The notes below the pieces were generated by a model that was given only the letters and a program-made list of their open reading frames with translations, was not told where the DNA came from and did no database searches. This document shows positions 16,948 to 27,399 of a stretch of 64,000 bases of DNA, piece after piece. The position numbers and the translations under genes were made by a program. Source of the stretch: Lentisphaeria bacterium (lineage in GTDB: Bacteria; Verrucomicrobiota; Lentisphaeria; JABSQK01; JAWLHB01); the NCBI GenBank assembly GCA_041690595.1, contig JAWLHB010000001.1, positions 186,001 through 250,000 on the forward strand, given 5' to 3'. The stretch's first letter is position 1, and each line of letters begins with the position of its first letter.

Positions 16948-18045
16948 TCATGGCCGCGGGGTGCCGCGGTTCATGGCCACGCCACGGTCCAGAAAATAGC
17001 GGATGCTGTCGCAGCTCACCTCGGGCGGTTCCGAGTGGTCGCTGGAGAGGATGTAGCCACCACCACCGGCCACGACCGGTTCAACCTTGGCCGCGAGTTC
17101 GGCGTCGATCTGGCGACGATCGTTGGAAATCAGTGCCCGGGTGTCGATGCCACCATGGAAGGTGAGGCGATCGCCGAACAGGGAGAACAGACGCGGCAGA
17201 TCCATGCCGGCTTTCACTTCCATGCCCTGCAGGCAGTCGAGGCCCGCCGCGATCAGATCTGGGAGCAGGGGCTCGATGAATCCACACGAGTGCATCATCA
17301 CCGGACACCCAAGGGAGTGGGCAAACGCGAACAACCGGCGATGGCCAGGCTGAAGAATCTGCCGGTACATGTCGACGGACATGAAGGGCCTGTGCTTGAA
17401 GCCCAGATCCTCGAAAAAGTAGAAGCCGTCCGGCTTCCCCTCGGCCGCGAACAACTCCTCCAAGTGAGCAATAATGGCGCCCACATACATGGTCACCATC
17501 TCGCGCACCCAGTCGGGATCGAGTGCCATGCCCATCAGCAGGTTCTCATGACCACAGACCGGATGCATCAGCTCGAAGGGGGCAACGACACCCGCGAAAA
17601 GGTAGCGCTGGCGCTCGGCGCAGAGTCGGCGTTCGGCGCGATAGGACTCGAAGGGAATGCGCCGCCGGTCTATCCCGCCGAGGAAGGGCTTGATCATGGT
17701 TTCCCAGCTGTCGCGATCCGTCACCCGAAAGTCCACGTGCTCGGGCGTCGTGGTCTTGTGTTTGAAGCGCCGCAGTACGGCGCCGTTGCCATCCCGAAAA
17801 GCAATCGTCTCTTCGGTCTCGGCCACCGTTTCCGGGAGATGATCGAGATTGGCAACCATGTTGAGCCCGCCTGCCCAGCGCAGATCCTGGCCGAAGTACT
17901 CGCGGATGTCCGCCTCCGCTGGAATGCTGGCTTCCGCCCGCCAACGGGTTTCCGTATCCGGCCACGGGCCCATGACGAACGGCAGGCGATCGACAGGCTG
18001 GCGGGCCAGGCTGTTGGCAACCCGTTCGTGACTGGTCAAGATCAT
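16948..18045 (-). CDS. Uroporphyrinogen decarboxylase (URO-D)/MtaA-CmuA-like family protein
   Basis: MILTSHERV start (RBS AAGGAG), FEDLG, HSCG, GGIDT, GGYILSSDHS. Confidence 0.88.
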   Translation of the reverse strand: MILTSHERVANSLARQPVDRLPFVMGPWPDTETRWRAEASIPAEADIREYFGQDLRWAGGLNMVANLDHLPETVAETEETIAFRDGNGAVLRRFKHKTTTPEHVDFRVTDRDSWETMIKPFLGGIDRRRIPFESYRAERRLCAERQRYLFAGVVAPFELMHPVCGHENLLMGMALDPDWVREMVTMYVGAIIAHLEELFAAEGKPDGFYFFEDLGFKHRPFMSVDMYRQILQPGHRRLFAFAHSLGCPVMMHSCGFIEPLLPDLIAAGLDCLQGMEVKAGMDLPRLFSLFGDRLTFHGGIDTRALISNDRRQIDAELAAKVEPVVAGGGGYILSSDHSEPPEVSCDSIRYFLDRGVAMNRGTPRP

Positions 18046-18049
18046 CGGG

Positions 18050-19015
18050 CTACTCCTTGCCCGCATTGGCGGCAAGCGGATGCGACAGGAAATACTCGAG
18101 TACGACGTCTTCGTGTTCCGGGGGGATGTCGTAGCCATAAGCGCGAACGATCAACCCGCCCTGCTCGGTGCCCCAGCGCGCGAGGCGTTCGCACTCGGCC
18201 AGAATCTTCTCGATGGGGCCGGTCTTGAGCGTGGTCTGAATATCCACCGTCGTGGCGAAGGCGATCTTCCCACGGCACAGATCGGCGACCTGCTCGTACC
18301 CGCAGGTGCCGCTCTGGAAGGGGTTGACGACGTCGATACCGGCAGCGATAAAACCCTGCAGCAGCTCGGTTACCTTGCCGCAGGAATGCAGCCAGAAGTG
18401 CATGCCGCGCTCGTGGCAGGCCGCGGCCAGGCTGCGGTAAGACTCCAGGAAGAACTCGTGCCACATAGTCGGGCTGATCATCGGCGCGGATTGGGTCCCC
18501 CAGTCATCGAACATGAACAGGGCATCGATCTCGGCGGCGAATGGGGTCAGCCCCTCGATATAGTCGAGCCAGGTATGGGTCAAGCGTTCGAGTAGGTCGC
18601 GGATGGCGGCGGGATGCTCGCTGAAGTCCATCATCGCCTGTTCGATGCCGCGGAGGTACTGCAGCCGTTCCCAGATCCCAGACGAGGTGGCGATGATCCG
18701 GTACTTGTCGGCCCGCTCCAGGGATGGCAGCTGGGAAGCAAGGGAGGCCTCCGTCATCTGGACAAATCGTTCGCTCGGGGGCGGGCGCCACGCCGCCATG
18801 TCGCCAAGGGTCGTCAAGGGGTGATCCTGAACGTATCCGATCGAGGGATAATCCGGGTGTACCGTCCACCTGGTCCCCCACAGGTCAACACCCTGGGCAT
18901 CCTTCTGGAAGAAGTCGAACACATAGTCCACATCCATCATCCGCGGGAAGATCAGGCCCACCCGGGGCGGGCAACGGAACTCCACCGCCCGCTTCAGAAT
19001 CTCGCGTGAATTCAT
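18050..19015 (-). CDS. URO-D/MtaA-CmuA-like family protein
   Basis: MNSREILKRAVEF start (RBS AGGAG), DLWG, WERLQYLRG, DDWGTQ, HSCG, VDIQTTL. Confidence 0.88.
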   Translation of the reverse strand: MNSREILKRAVEFRCPPRVGLIFPRMMDVDYVFDFFQKDAQGVDLWGTRWTVHPDYPSIGYVQDHPLTTLGDMAAWRPPPSERFVQMTEASLASQLPSLERADKYRIIATSSGIWERLQYLRGIEQAMMDFSEHPAAIRDLLERLTHTWLDYIEGLTPFAAEIDALFMFDDWGTQSAPMISPTMWHEFFLESYRSLAAACHERGMHFWLHSCGKVTELLQGFIAAGIDVVNPFQSGTCGYEQVADLCRGKIAFATTVDIQTTLKTGPIEKILAECERLARWGTEQGGLIVRAYGYDIPPEHEDVVLEYFLSHPLAANAGKE

Positions 19016-19059
19016 GCTTATTGTCTCCTGGATTTGGTTGTGCCAAGATCTCCTGCCCC

Positions 19060-19758
19060 TCAGCCGGTGATGACCCGGTAGCCGATGGCAAGTACTCCCA
19101 TGTCGACAATCATGTGGCTGAGCCAGATGCCCAGAAGGCTCCCCTGGCGCTGGTACAGCCAGGACCAGATGATGCCGCCGATACCGACACAGCCGCCGAA
19201 AAAGAATGCCCAGGCCAAGCCGAAGAAGGTGCTCAGAACAACCACGTGGTGCGCCGCGAAGAAGGCGCCGGCGAGCAGGTGGGGCAGGGGGCCGCGAGTC
19301 ACCTCCGCCAGGCGGCCATAGACGAACCAGCGCCAGTAGTACTCCTCGATCAGCGAGTGGAAGACTGACAGGAAGATGGAGAAGAGGAGGTAGTGGCGCA
19401 GGATGCCGACGGCCTCCGTCTTGGCGCGGATCCGGTGGGCATTGGCGCGAACGACATCGCCAAGCGGCGTGGCCAGGGCGATCCAGGCGATACCCACTAT
19501 GCCGAGGCCGACGATCAGCCCCAGCGGGAGCGCTTTCCAGTGACGCGACGCCCGCCAATCCCAGCGATCGATCGGCCGCTTCAGGATGAACCGCCAGGCA
19601 ACAAGTGGCCAGAAGAGGGTGAAGAGCTTGGTGGCGGAGTAGACGAGCTGCGTCACCCTGCCCTCGGTGGCGATGACGAAGTAGAAGATCGCGGATAGTG
19701 CCGGAAGAACGGCGGCCGGCAAGACTGCCCACCAGATGCGCCTCTCCATCGTGCTCAT
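19060..19758 (-). CDS. CPBP (Abi/CAAX type II) intramembrane metalloprotease
   Basis: Several TM segments; EEYYWR, FAAHH, SHMIVD. Confidence 0.88.
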   Translation of the reverse strand: MSTMERRIWWAVLPAAVLPALSAIFYFVIATEGRVTQLVYSATKLFTLFWPLVAWRFILKRPIDRWDWRASRHWKALPLGLIVGLGIVGIAWIALATPLGDVVRANAHRIRAKTEAVGILRHYLLFSIFLSVFHSLIEEYYWRWFVYGRLAEVTRGPLPHLLAGAFFAAHHVVVLSTFFGLAWAFFFGGCVGIGGIIWSWLYQRQGSLLGIWLSHMIVDMGVLAIGYRVITG

Positions 19759-19771
19759 GGCTCGCGACTCC

Positions 19772-22700
19772 TTATGCTCGCATTCTCAAGGTGCGTATGG
19801 TGAAGGGCGTGAAACTGAGCGTGAGGCTGGACTCGCCCGTGACCAGGCACTGCTCGTCGTTTTCGAGCAGATCGGTTTCGTGGACGGAGGCAACCGGGCG
19901 GGGGAAGCGAAGGGTGACGGTGGCGTGGCAGCCCCGCGCTTCGTAGAGCCGGAGGATGAGCCCGTCGCGCCCTTCCGCCGGCTTGATGGTCTCGAGGATG
20001 ACGTTGTCGCCTTCGAGCGTGACGAGCGGCGGGGCGGGCGCGGAAGATGCCCCCGATGCGCCGGTGATGATGAGGGGGTGATTGAGGGCGTAGCCGGCGC
20101 GGACCACATCCATGAGATCGGGCCCGTGAGGGAGGATCGCGTAGGTGATGCGATGAGTACGATGAATGTCCGCCTGGGGATCGGGGAAGGTGGTGGCGCG
20201 CAGCAGAGAGAGGCGGAGGATCTGGTCGCGTGCATCGTAACCATAGCGCCCGTCATTCAGCAATGCCACGCCGAAGTCGGGCTCCGCCAGATCCGCCCAG
20301 CGCTGGGCTGGAACCTCGAACTGAGCGGCATCTGCGGGTGTATTCGCATGCGTCGGGCGATGCACGTGGCCGAACTGGATCTCGTACCTGGCGCTTTGGC
20401 TGCGGACGTCGAGGGGAAAGGCGACCTTGAGAAGGAGGTCGCGTTCATCCCCCCATTCGATGCTCGTCTCGAAGCGAATCAGGGGGCTGTCCACCTGCAG
20501 GATGATCTCCTGCGTGATGCGGGAGCGGGAGAGACGGCGCTGCTGGCGGAGGACCGTACGGACGGGACCGCTCTCGACAATCTCGCTGCCGAGCAACTCG
20601 CCATCCACCGTGACCGGGCGCTCCAGCGTCCATGGCTCGATCTCCCAAGCCTCGAACTGGACCGGTTTGTCGATGAAGAACTGAAACTGGTTGCCGATGC
20701 TGCCGGGCGCGAGGAGTTGGCGGCCGGAAGCCTTGTGCAGGATGCCGATGAGGCGACCCGCCTCGTCGAAGTCGACCCGCAGGTGGGCATTCTCCATGGC
20801 CGGGGTCGATGGCGCGGTTGGAGCGGCACCCTCCCGAAGATAGTAAGTGGCGGAGCCGAAGGGAGGGACCGTGGCCATGAAATGGAGCCGGTCGTCGACG
20901 ATCTGCGCTGGCAGGTTGGCACCGGCAGCGTCGCAAACCGCGGTCGCGGCGGCGCGGGGAAGGCTGACAGCTTCGCGGCGCTCCCAGCCCAGTGAATTGA
21001 GGACGACGATGGGCACGCCGTCGCCACCGTCCCCCTCCGCCACGGCGGGAACAAGGTCGCGACGCAACGCTTCCAGGCGCTGGAGCAGCGCGCTCAAGTC
21101 GCGCTCGGCTTTCACGTAGACGTCACGAATGGCACACCCGGGCAGGACATCGTGGAACTGGTGAAGGAGCAGCGACTTCCACGCCTCGTCGACAAGTACG
21201 GCCGGCGCCGCGCCGCGCCAGGCGGTCAGCCACTCGACATCATGAAGCATGCACTCGAGGCGGCGGTTGAGGCGCTTCATCTCTGCCTGTGAGGTGAAGA
21301 CGCCGCGGTGCCGTTCGAGATAGAGTTCACCGCGCCAAACCGGCAACTGGGGACGCTCGCTCTCGAGCTGCTCGAAGAAGGCTTCCGGCGCCATGGGGGT
21401 GACCCTGGGAAGTCCTTCGATGTTGCTGTAGCGGCGGAGACGTTCGAGCATGAGGGGCGTGGGGCCGCCGCCGCCATCGCCACGGCCGAAGGGGATCATG
21501 AAGGCCGAGCTGCGGTCCTTCTCGCGGTAGCCCCGTTGCGCATGTCGGAGGTGCTCGGGGTCGAGTTCGCTGTTGTAGCTGTCGGCCGGCGTGCAGTGAG
21601 TGAGGATCTGGGTGCCGTCGAGACCTTCCCAGACGAAGGAGTGGAAGGGGAACTTGCTGAAGTTGTTCCAGGCGAGCTTGTGGGTGAAGAACCATTGCAT
21701 CCCGCCGCGGCGGATGAGCTGCGGCAGGGAAGCTGGGAAGCCGAAGGTGTCGGGGAGCCACATGATGCGGCTGGTCTGGTCGAGCTCCTCCTTGAAGAAG
21801 CGGTTGCCATAAAGGATCTGGCGAACCAGACTTTCACCGCCGGGGAGGTTGCAGTCGGCTTCCGCATACATGCTGCCGACGATCAGGATGCGCCCTTCCC
21901 GGCAACGTTCCAGGATCTCGGCATAGAGGGCAGGCTGCGTTGCTTTCACCGCTTCGAAGAGGAAAACCTGACTCTGGTGGAAGGTGAACTCGGGGTAGCG
22001 CTCCTGCAGGCGCAGGACATTCGCAAAGGTGCGCACGCTCTTGCGCCGTGTCTCGCTGAAGGGCCAGCGCCAGGCAAGATCGATATGCGCATTGCCGACC
22101 GCGCACGCCCGCGGGGCCGAGGCTTGAGCATGGCAGGCGTAAAGGGGAGCCAGTCTACTGCGAACCGCCCCGATGGAGGTGGCAAACGCGGCCGGCGAGA
22201 GGTCACGATAATCGAACGGGTCGACGGCTTCGCTCAGCCCCCGGATAAGCCTGGCGCGCCAGACGGAATCGCTTTCCAGAAGGGGGGCCAGCTCCGCCAG
22301 CGCGGTGAGATCGTGCCAGAGGCTCCAGAGCGCCTCATTGAAGCGCGAAATGCGCGGCTGGCGCATGACCCGCGGCGCCCATGCTTCGCCTTCCGCCGAA
22401 GTATCGTCGGCAAGCGCTTCCACATGCAGCAGCAGTGGCCCTTCTGGCAGGTCGGCGGGGAGGAGGCACCACGTGCGGCGGCGGTCGAGTCCGTGCCACG
22501 GTTTGCCATCCAGATAGACGAGCGCTTCACCTCCGGGCTCGAAGTGCAGGGCCAGCTGCTGTCCACGCCATTCTGGCGGAATACTGACGCTCAAGCGGAA
22601 CCACCCCGTCCCCCATGGCGATCCCCACCTGCTGCCGGGCGTAATCGGCGAAGTCGTGAGGCTGCTTCCGACCGCAAAGGAGAGGTGATCCGCGGTCTCG

Positions 22701-22825
22701 GCCAGGGTGATATCCGTAATCGGCAGATGGTCGCTGAAGACGGCGCCGCCGATCTCGCCCACCTGTTTCGTAATCTTGCCCAGAAGCAGTGACTCGGGTA
22801 TCACGGGAGATCCTCGCGGGAGCAT
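19772..22825 (-). CDS. Alpha-mannosidase, GH38 (MAN2C1-like)
   Basis: AHIDLAWRWP, WLPDTFGF, GDGGGGP, GELYLERHRG, QFHDVLPG, FEVPAQRWAD, LRLSLLR. Confidence 0.95.
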   Translation of the reverse strand: MLPRGSPVIPESLLLGKITKQVGEIGGAVFSDHLPITDITLAETADHLSFAVGSSLTTSPITPGSRWGSPWGTGWFRLSVSIPPEWRGQQLALHFEPGGEALVYLDGKPWHGLDRRRTWCLLPADLPEGPLLLHVEALADDTSAEGEAWAPRVMRQPRISRFNEALWSLWHDLTALAELAPLLESDSVWRARLIRGLSEAVDPFDYRDLSPAAFATSIGAVRSRLAPLYACHAQASAPRACAVGNAHIDLAWRWPFSETRRKSVRTFANVLRLQERYPEFTFHQSQVFLFEAVKATQPALYAEILERCREGRILIVGSMYAEADCNLPGGESLVRQILYGNRFFKEELDQTSRIMWLPDTFGFPASLPQLIRRGGMQWFFTHKLAWNNFSKFPFHSFVWEGLDGTQILTHCTPADSYNSELDPEHLRHAQRGYREKDRSSAFMIPFGRGDGGGGPTPLMLERLRRYSNIEGLPRVTPMAPEAFFEQLESERPQLPVWRGELYLERHRGVFTSQAEMKRLNRRLECMLHDVEWLTAWRGAAPAVLVDEAWKSLLLHQFHDVLPGCAIRDVYVKAERDLSALLQRLEALRRDLVPAVAEGDGGDGVPIVVLNSLGWERREAVSLPRAAATAVCDAAGANLPAQIVDDRLHFMATVPPFGSATYYLREGAAPTAPSTPAMENAHLRVDFDEAGRLIGILHKASGRQLLAPGSIGNQFQFFIDKPVQFEAWEIEPWTLERPVTVDGELLGSEIVESGPVRTVLRQQRRLSRSRITQEIILQVDSPLIRFETSIEWGDERDLLLKVAFPLDVRSQSARYEIQFGHVHRPTHANTPADAAQFEVPAQRWADLAEPDFGVALLNDGRYGYDARDQILRLSLLRATTFPDPQADIHRTHRITYAILPHGPDLMDVVRAGYALNHPLIITGASGASSAPAPPLVTLEGDNVILETIKPAEGRDGLILRLYEARGCHATVTLRFPRPVASVHETDLLENDEQCLVTGESSLTLSFTPFTIRTLRMRA

Positions 22826-23000
22826 GGTGACAGGAGATGATGCTGGAAGATATCGCCTGCCGGTTGAGACTCCAGCGCACGCCGCCTTTTTCCTGAATTA
22901 TGGTGGGCATCCTTGGCAAGTATGGGTCGACTTCCAGCGGAAGCTGCCTACAGTAGTGGGAAGTCGAAAATGGAAACCAGTGCAGAGGGAGGAACACTTC

Positions 23001-24065
23001 ATGGGGAAGCCGAAAGCGGTTGTGGTCGGGTATGGATTCGCGGGCAGGAGTTTTCACAGCTATCTGATCGGGTTGGATACAGGGCTGGACCTGCATGGCA
23101 TCGTGTCGCGCAGCCCGGAGACGCGCGAGAAGATTGCCGCGGAGCGGAACTGCCGGACCTACACGAGTTTCGAGGACGTGATCGCTGACGGTGAAGTCGA
23201 TCTGGTCGTGCTGGCGACACCCAACGTGACCCATTGCGACCTGGCGATCCGGGCGATGGACGCGGGCAAGCACGTCGTCACCGACAAGGTGATGTGCCTG
23301 AACCTGGCCGAATGCGACCGGATGATCGCTGCTGCCCATCGCAATGGCGTGGTCCTGAGCGTCTTCCAGAATCGGCGTTGGGACGGCGACTTCCTGACCT
23401 TGCGCCGGCTGCTGGCCGAGGGAAAGCTTGGAGATCTGCGTTGGCTGGAGATGGCGTGGCAGGGATTTGGCCCGTGGGGCCGCTGGCGCGGCGAGATGGC
23501 TTCCGGAGGCGGCAAGCTGTACGACCTCGGAGCGCATCTGGTGGACCAGGCGGTCAACCTTCTGCCCATGGCGGTGACGAGCGTCTACTGCCGCATGCAC
23601 CACGATCAGGTGGGGCAGACCGATACGGAGAGCCACAGTCTCGTCGTCATCGGCTTTGAAGGTGGTCGAACGGTCGTATGCGACACCTCGTCGATGGCAG
23701 CAATCTCCAAGCCGCGCTTCAATGCCTATGGTACCGGCGGTACCTTCGTGAAGCATGGCGTCGATCCGCAGGAGCGGGCGATGATCGCGGGCGACATCGA
23801 CAGCGCCGTCGAGGATGTGGCCAACCATGGTGCCTGGAGCGACGGAAAGACGACCGAAACCATCCCCACCTTGCCGGGTCGCTGGCGCAACTACTACGAG
23901 AACATCGGCGAGGTGCTTGCCGGCAAGAGCAGCTTGGCGGTGACCCCCGAATCGTGCCGGCGAGCCATCGCGGTGCTGGATGCGGCCTTTCGTTCAGCCC
24001 GTACCGGCGAAGTCGTCCACACCAGGATACCCGCACTTGAACCGGCGAAAGGAGCAGAGCCATGA
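23001..24065 (+). CDS. Gfo/Idh/MocA oxidoreductase (IolW/YdgJ-like)
   Basis: VGYGFAG, H...DK, FQNRRWDGDF, GGKLYDLGAHLVDQ; start MGKPK after GGAGG. Confidence 0.92.
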   Translation: MGKPKAVVVGYGFAGRSFHSYLIGLDTGLDLHGIVSRSPETREKIAAERNCRTYTSFEDVIADGEVDLVVLATPNVTHCDLAIRAMDAGKHVVTDKVMCLNLAECDRMIAAAHRNGVVLSVFQNRRWDGDFLTLRRLLAEGKLGDLRWLEMAWQGFGPWGRWRGEMASGGGKLYDLGAHLVDQAVNLLPMAVTSVYCRMHHDQVGQTDTESHSLVVIGFEGGRTVVCDTSSMAAISKPRFNAYGTGGTFVKHGVDPQERAMIAGDIDSAVEDVANHGAWSDGKTTETIPTLPGRWRNYYENIGEVLAGKSSLAVTPESCRRAIAVLDAAFRSARTGEVVHTRIPALEPAKGAEP

Positions 24066-25060
24066 AACGGGCAGCAGTCATTGGTATCGGCGGGATTGGC
24101 GTATGGCACGGAACCATGATCCGAGACACGAATCGGATCGAGCTTGCGGCTGTGTGCGACGTCAATCCGGCAATGAAGGCCCGCGCCGAGGAACACCTGA
24201 AGGGGGTTCCCTTCTATGGGACGGTGCAGGAGTTGCTGGCCAACGAACCGCTCGATGTCGCCTCGGTGGTAGTCCCGCATTACCTCCACAAGGAGATTGG
24301 CGTTCAGCTGCTGGATGCCGGTATCAACGTTGTTGTGGAGAAACCGATGGCGACCAACTACGCCGACTGCAGGGCGATGATCGAGGCAGCCAAACGCAAT
24401 AATCGCTTCTGCACGGTCTTCCACAATCGACGGCTGGATCCATGGTATCTGGCGGCACAATCGGTGATCGACGATGGCCTGATCGGCGACCCCGTCGAGA
24501 TCAACGTTGCCATCAATTTCAGCCCGACCGCGGCGACGTGGCGGGGCTACAAGGCGAAGAGCGGCGGCATCCTGTACGACTGGGGCGCGCACCTCGTCGA
24601 CTACGCCCTTCATCTGGCCAGGAGCGAGGTGAAGGCGGTCTCCGGCTACTTCTACAATTCGGCGGGGCGCGATCCAGAGCTGAACGAAGAGCATGGCAGT
24701 GTTCGCATCTACTTCACTTCCGGTTCGATCGCCAATATCACGGTGAGTGGTGTGGGGCAGGCGCCGCCGCATCGCTACTACATCACCGGCACAAAGGGAG
24801 GTCTGACGGACGAGTGGCATCATGGCGACGATGGCAAGCTCAAGGTCTACTCCAAGCTCTCCGGTGGTGAGGCGGTCAGCATGGAGGTCAACTATCGCAA
24901 GGCGTCGTGGCAGGGCTTCTACGACAATATTGCTGACTGCCTGTGCGAAGGCAAGCCGCTGATGGTCAGCGCCGAGAGCGCCGCCAAGGTGATCGACGTC
25001 TTCAGCACAGCCGAGAAATCCTGGGCCGCCGGTGGTACACCGCTGCCACTTTCAGCCTGA
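24062..25060 (+). CDS. Gfo/Idh/MocA oxidoreductase
   Basis: GIGGIG, EKP, FHNRR, GGILYDWGAHLVD; ATGA overlap with the upstream gene. Confidence 0.92.
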   Translation: MKRAAVIGIGGIGVWHGTMIRDTNRIELAAVCDVNPAMKARAEEHLKGVPFYGTVQELLANEPLDVASVVVPHYLHKEIGVQLLDAGINVVVEKPMATNYADCRAMIEAAKRNNRFCTVFHNRRLDPWYLAAQSVIDDGLIGDPVEINVAINFSPTAATWRGYKAKSGGILYDWGAHLVDYALHLARSEVKAVSGYFYNSAGRDPELNEEHGSVRIYFTSGSIANITVSGVGQAPPHRYYITGTKGGLTDEWHHGDDGKLKVYSKLSGGEAVSMEVNYRKASWQGFYDNIADCLCEGKPLMVSAESAAKVIDVFSTAEKSWAAGGTPLPLSA

Positions 25061-25082
25061 TACAACGAGAGAGAGTCTGTCA

Positions 25083-26492
25083 ATGAACATCCTTTGGATT
25101 TTTACCGATCAGCATCACGCGGACGCCATGAGCTTCATGGGCCACCCGGTCGTCAAGACCCCGAACCTGGACCGCCTTGCGGCCCGTGGCGCATGGTTCC
25201 GCAACATGTACACATGCTCCGCGATCTGCGCCCCCAGCCGCACATCCTATTATACCGGCACGTACCTGCGGACCCACAACCACTTCATGAACCAGGGCGA
25301 CCTGCAGCGGGATCTGCCCTCGCTCCTCTCCATCTGCAACGATGCCGGCTACCTGACCGGCATGTGCGGCAAGTGTCACCTTCCCCACACCATCGAGCGC
25401 CACTTCGGCTGGATCCAAAGCTCCGACGACTACGCGATCGAGGCCGGCGAAAAGGGGTGGAAGGAAGAACATGGTGCAGATTGGCACCAGAAGTTCATGT
25501 CGGCGCCAAGCACCATTCCGACCGAGGGGCACAAGATTACCTGGACCGGAGACAAGGCCGTCGAGTTCCTCGATATGGCCAGAGACGATGCCCGCCCATT
25601 CGTCTTCTGGTGCAGCTTTGGGCCGCCACACGCGCCACACAACCCGCCCGCCGAGTTTGACGACATGTATGCGGCGGACCGGATCGGCATCGACTGGGAC
25701 GAATACGAACGCTTCGAGCGCAGCCGCGTGGGGCAGCGCGCCATGATCGAGGACTTCTGGAAGGTGGGGAGCGTGCGCCAGGAGCCCCAGATCTTCCAGA
25801 AGGCCGTTTGTCGCTACCTGACGCTGATCAGCCTGGTCGACGCTCAGATAGGGCGCATTCTCGCTCGACTGGAGGAACTTGGCCTGGCCGACGACACCAT
25901 CGTCGCCTTCTCCGCCGATCACGGCGACTTCGCAGGTCATTTCGGCCAACTGGGCAAGAACATACCCGGCTACGACGATCTGCTTCGAATCCCCTTCATC
26001 TGGTACGATCCGCGGCGAGTGGACGCGGGGCGCTGCGTCGAAAGCCTCTATCAGAATGTCGACTTCCTGCCGTCCGTGCTGGAGCGGCTTGGCCTGGATA
26101 TTCCCCACACCGTGCAGGGACAGAGCTTTCTGCCGGCCCTGGATGGGTACCCGGAATCCGGACGTGAGGCGATCTTTGCCGAGACCAGCAATGTGAAGAC
26201 GATCCGCACTCACGAGTGGAAGCTTAACTTCTTTGCCGTACATCCAGAGCGCGGCCAGCTCTTCCGTATGGGGGCACAACCGAACGAGACGGAGAATCTC
26301 TGGGACGTTCTTGCCTGTGAGAGCGTCAAGACCAGGTTGCTGCTGCGGCTGGCGGAGTGGATGGTGCGCTGCGAGCAGCCGGATTCCATGTCGATCAAAA
26401 CGGAGCGTCACGTGGATACCCGCTGGTACAAGTGGCTGGCCCAACAGCCGCATGAAGCGGAAGACCAGGAGCATCCGCGCAACCGCGGATGA
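25083..26492 (+). CDS. S1 sulfatase (Cys-type, no signal peptide)
   Basis: MNILWIFTDQH, CAPSR, GKCH, PHAP, SADHGD. Confidence 0.94.
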   Translation: MNILWIFTDQHHADAMSFMGHPVVKTPNLDRLAARGAWFRNMYTCSAICAPSRTSYYTGTYLRTHNHFMNQGDLQRDLPSLLSICNDAGYLTGMCGKCHLPHTIERHFGWIQSSDDYAIEAGEKGWKEEHGADWHQKFMSAPSTIPTEGHKITWTGDKAVEFLDMARDDARPFVFWCSFGPPHAPHNPPAEFDDMYAADRIGIDWDEYERFERSRVGQRAMIEDFWKVGSVRQEPQIFQKAVCRYLTLISLVDAQIGRILARLEELGLADDTIVAFSADHGDFAGHFGQLGKNIPGYDDLLRIPFIWYDPRRVDAGRCVESLYQNVDFLPSVLERLGLDIPHTVQGQSFLPALDGYPESGREAIFAETSNVKTIRTHEWKLNFFAVHPERGQLFRMGAQPNETENLWDVLACESVKTRLLLRLAEWMVRCEQPDSMSIKTERHVDTRWYKWLAQQPHEAEDQEHPRNRG

Positions 26493-26502
26493 GCAACGCC
26501 CT

Positions 26503-27399
26503 ATGATGGTTCTCGGAATTCTGGCCGGACTTGGCGCGGCTTTCAGCCAAGCGGCCAGCTACCTCTTTTCGCGTCACTTCGTCACGCGGATCGGGCGGAG
26601 CAGCGTGCAACTCCTGGTGATCTCGCACCTCTGGATGGCGCTTTTTTCGCTGCTCATCCTGCCCTTCGTCTACATGCCGCCATTGGCGGGGTGGGGGAGT
26701 GTAGTGCTCCCCTTGCTGGGAACCGCGGGATGCTACTTTCTCGGACAGGCCGCCTTCTTCTGGACGGTGAAGCAGATACCGGCCTCGCGCGTGGCCCCGC
26801 TCCTGGGCGTGAAGATCATCTTCATGGGGATCTTCAGCGTCACGATCTTTCGCTCTCCCCTCACAGGCGTGCAATGGGCCGGGGTGGCCTTTGCCGGGAT
26901 GGCGGCACTGCTCTTGTCACGCTTTGGCGAAGCCTTGAAGCCGAAGGTGGTGATCGGACTGGGGTTGGCCTGCTCCTTCTTCGCCCTCTCGGACCTTTGC
27001 ATACCGCTGCTGATGGTGACCTTCGATCCACAGCGCGGCATGCGCGCGACCCTCTTCAGCGTGACCCTCGACTATACCTTCTGCGGGCTCTTCGTGCTGC
27101 CCGCGGTGCTGAATATGCGCAGACTGAAGCGCGGGGAGTGGTTTCAGGCGATACCTTTCGCCCTGGCCTGGTATCTGGGCATGGCCTTCTTCTTCACCGC
27201 CATCTCGCTGGTGGGCGTGGTCCTGGCGGTGATCCTGCAGTCTACGCGCGGCATCATCTCGATCGGGGTGGGGCGCTACCTGGCGACGACGCGCCACCTG
27301 GAACTGGAGCAGAGCTTCGGGAGGGGCGTCCTGGCGAGGCAGTTGGCCGCCGCAACCCTGATGTGCGTGGCCATCGCCATCTTCATCATCTGGCGGTAG
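26503..27399 (+). CDS. EamA/DMT family transporter
   Basis: About 10 hydrophobic helices in two repeats; ASRVAPLLGVK. Confidence 0.75.
   Translation: MMVLGILAGLGAAFSQAASYLFSRHFVTRIGRSSVQLLVISHLWMALFSLLILPFVYMPPLAGWGSVVLPLLGTAGCYFLGQAAFFWTVKQIPASRVAPLLGVKIIFMGIFSVTIFRSPLTGVQWAGVAFAGMAALLLSRFGEALKPKVVIGLGLACSFFALSDLCIPLLMVTFDPQRGMRATLFSVTLDYTFCGLFVLPAVLNMRRLKRGEWFQAIPFALAWYLGMAFFFTAISLVGVVLAVILQSTRGIISIGVGRYLATTRHLELEQSFGRGVLARQLAAATLMCVAIAIFIIWR

Noticed and set aside
15949..18228. 759-aa plus-strand ORF
   Set aside because: Antisense shadow of the SDR and URO-D genes in GC-rich DNA, with no motifs of its own.
19016..19732. Apparent 560-aa URO-D fusion
   Set aside because: The extension is an alternative frame over the CPBP gene; the real start at 19015 has an AGGAG RBS.
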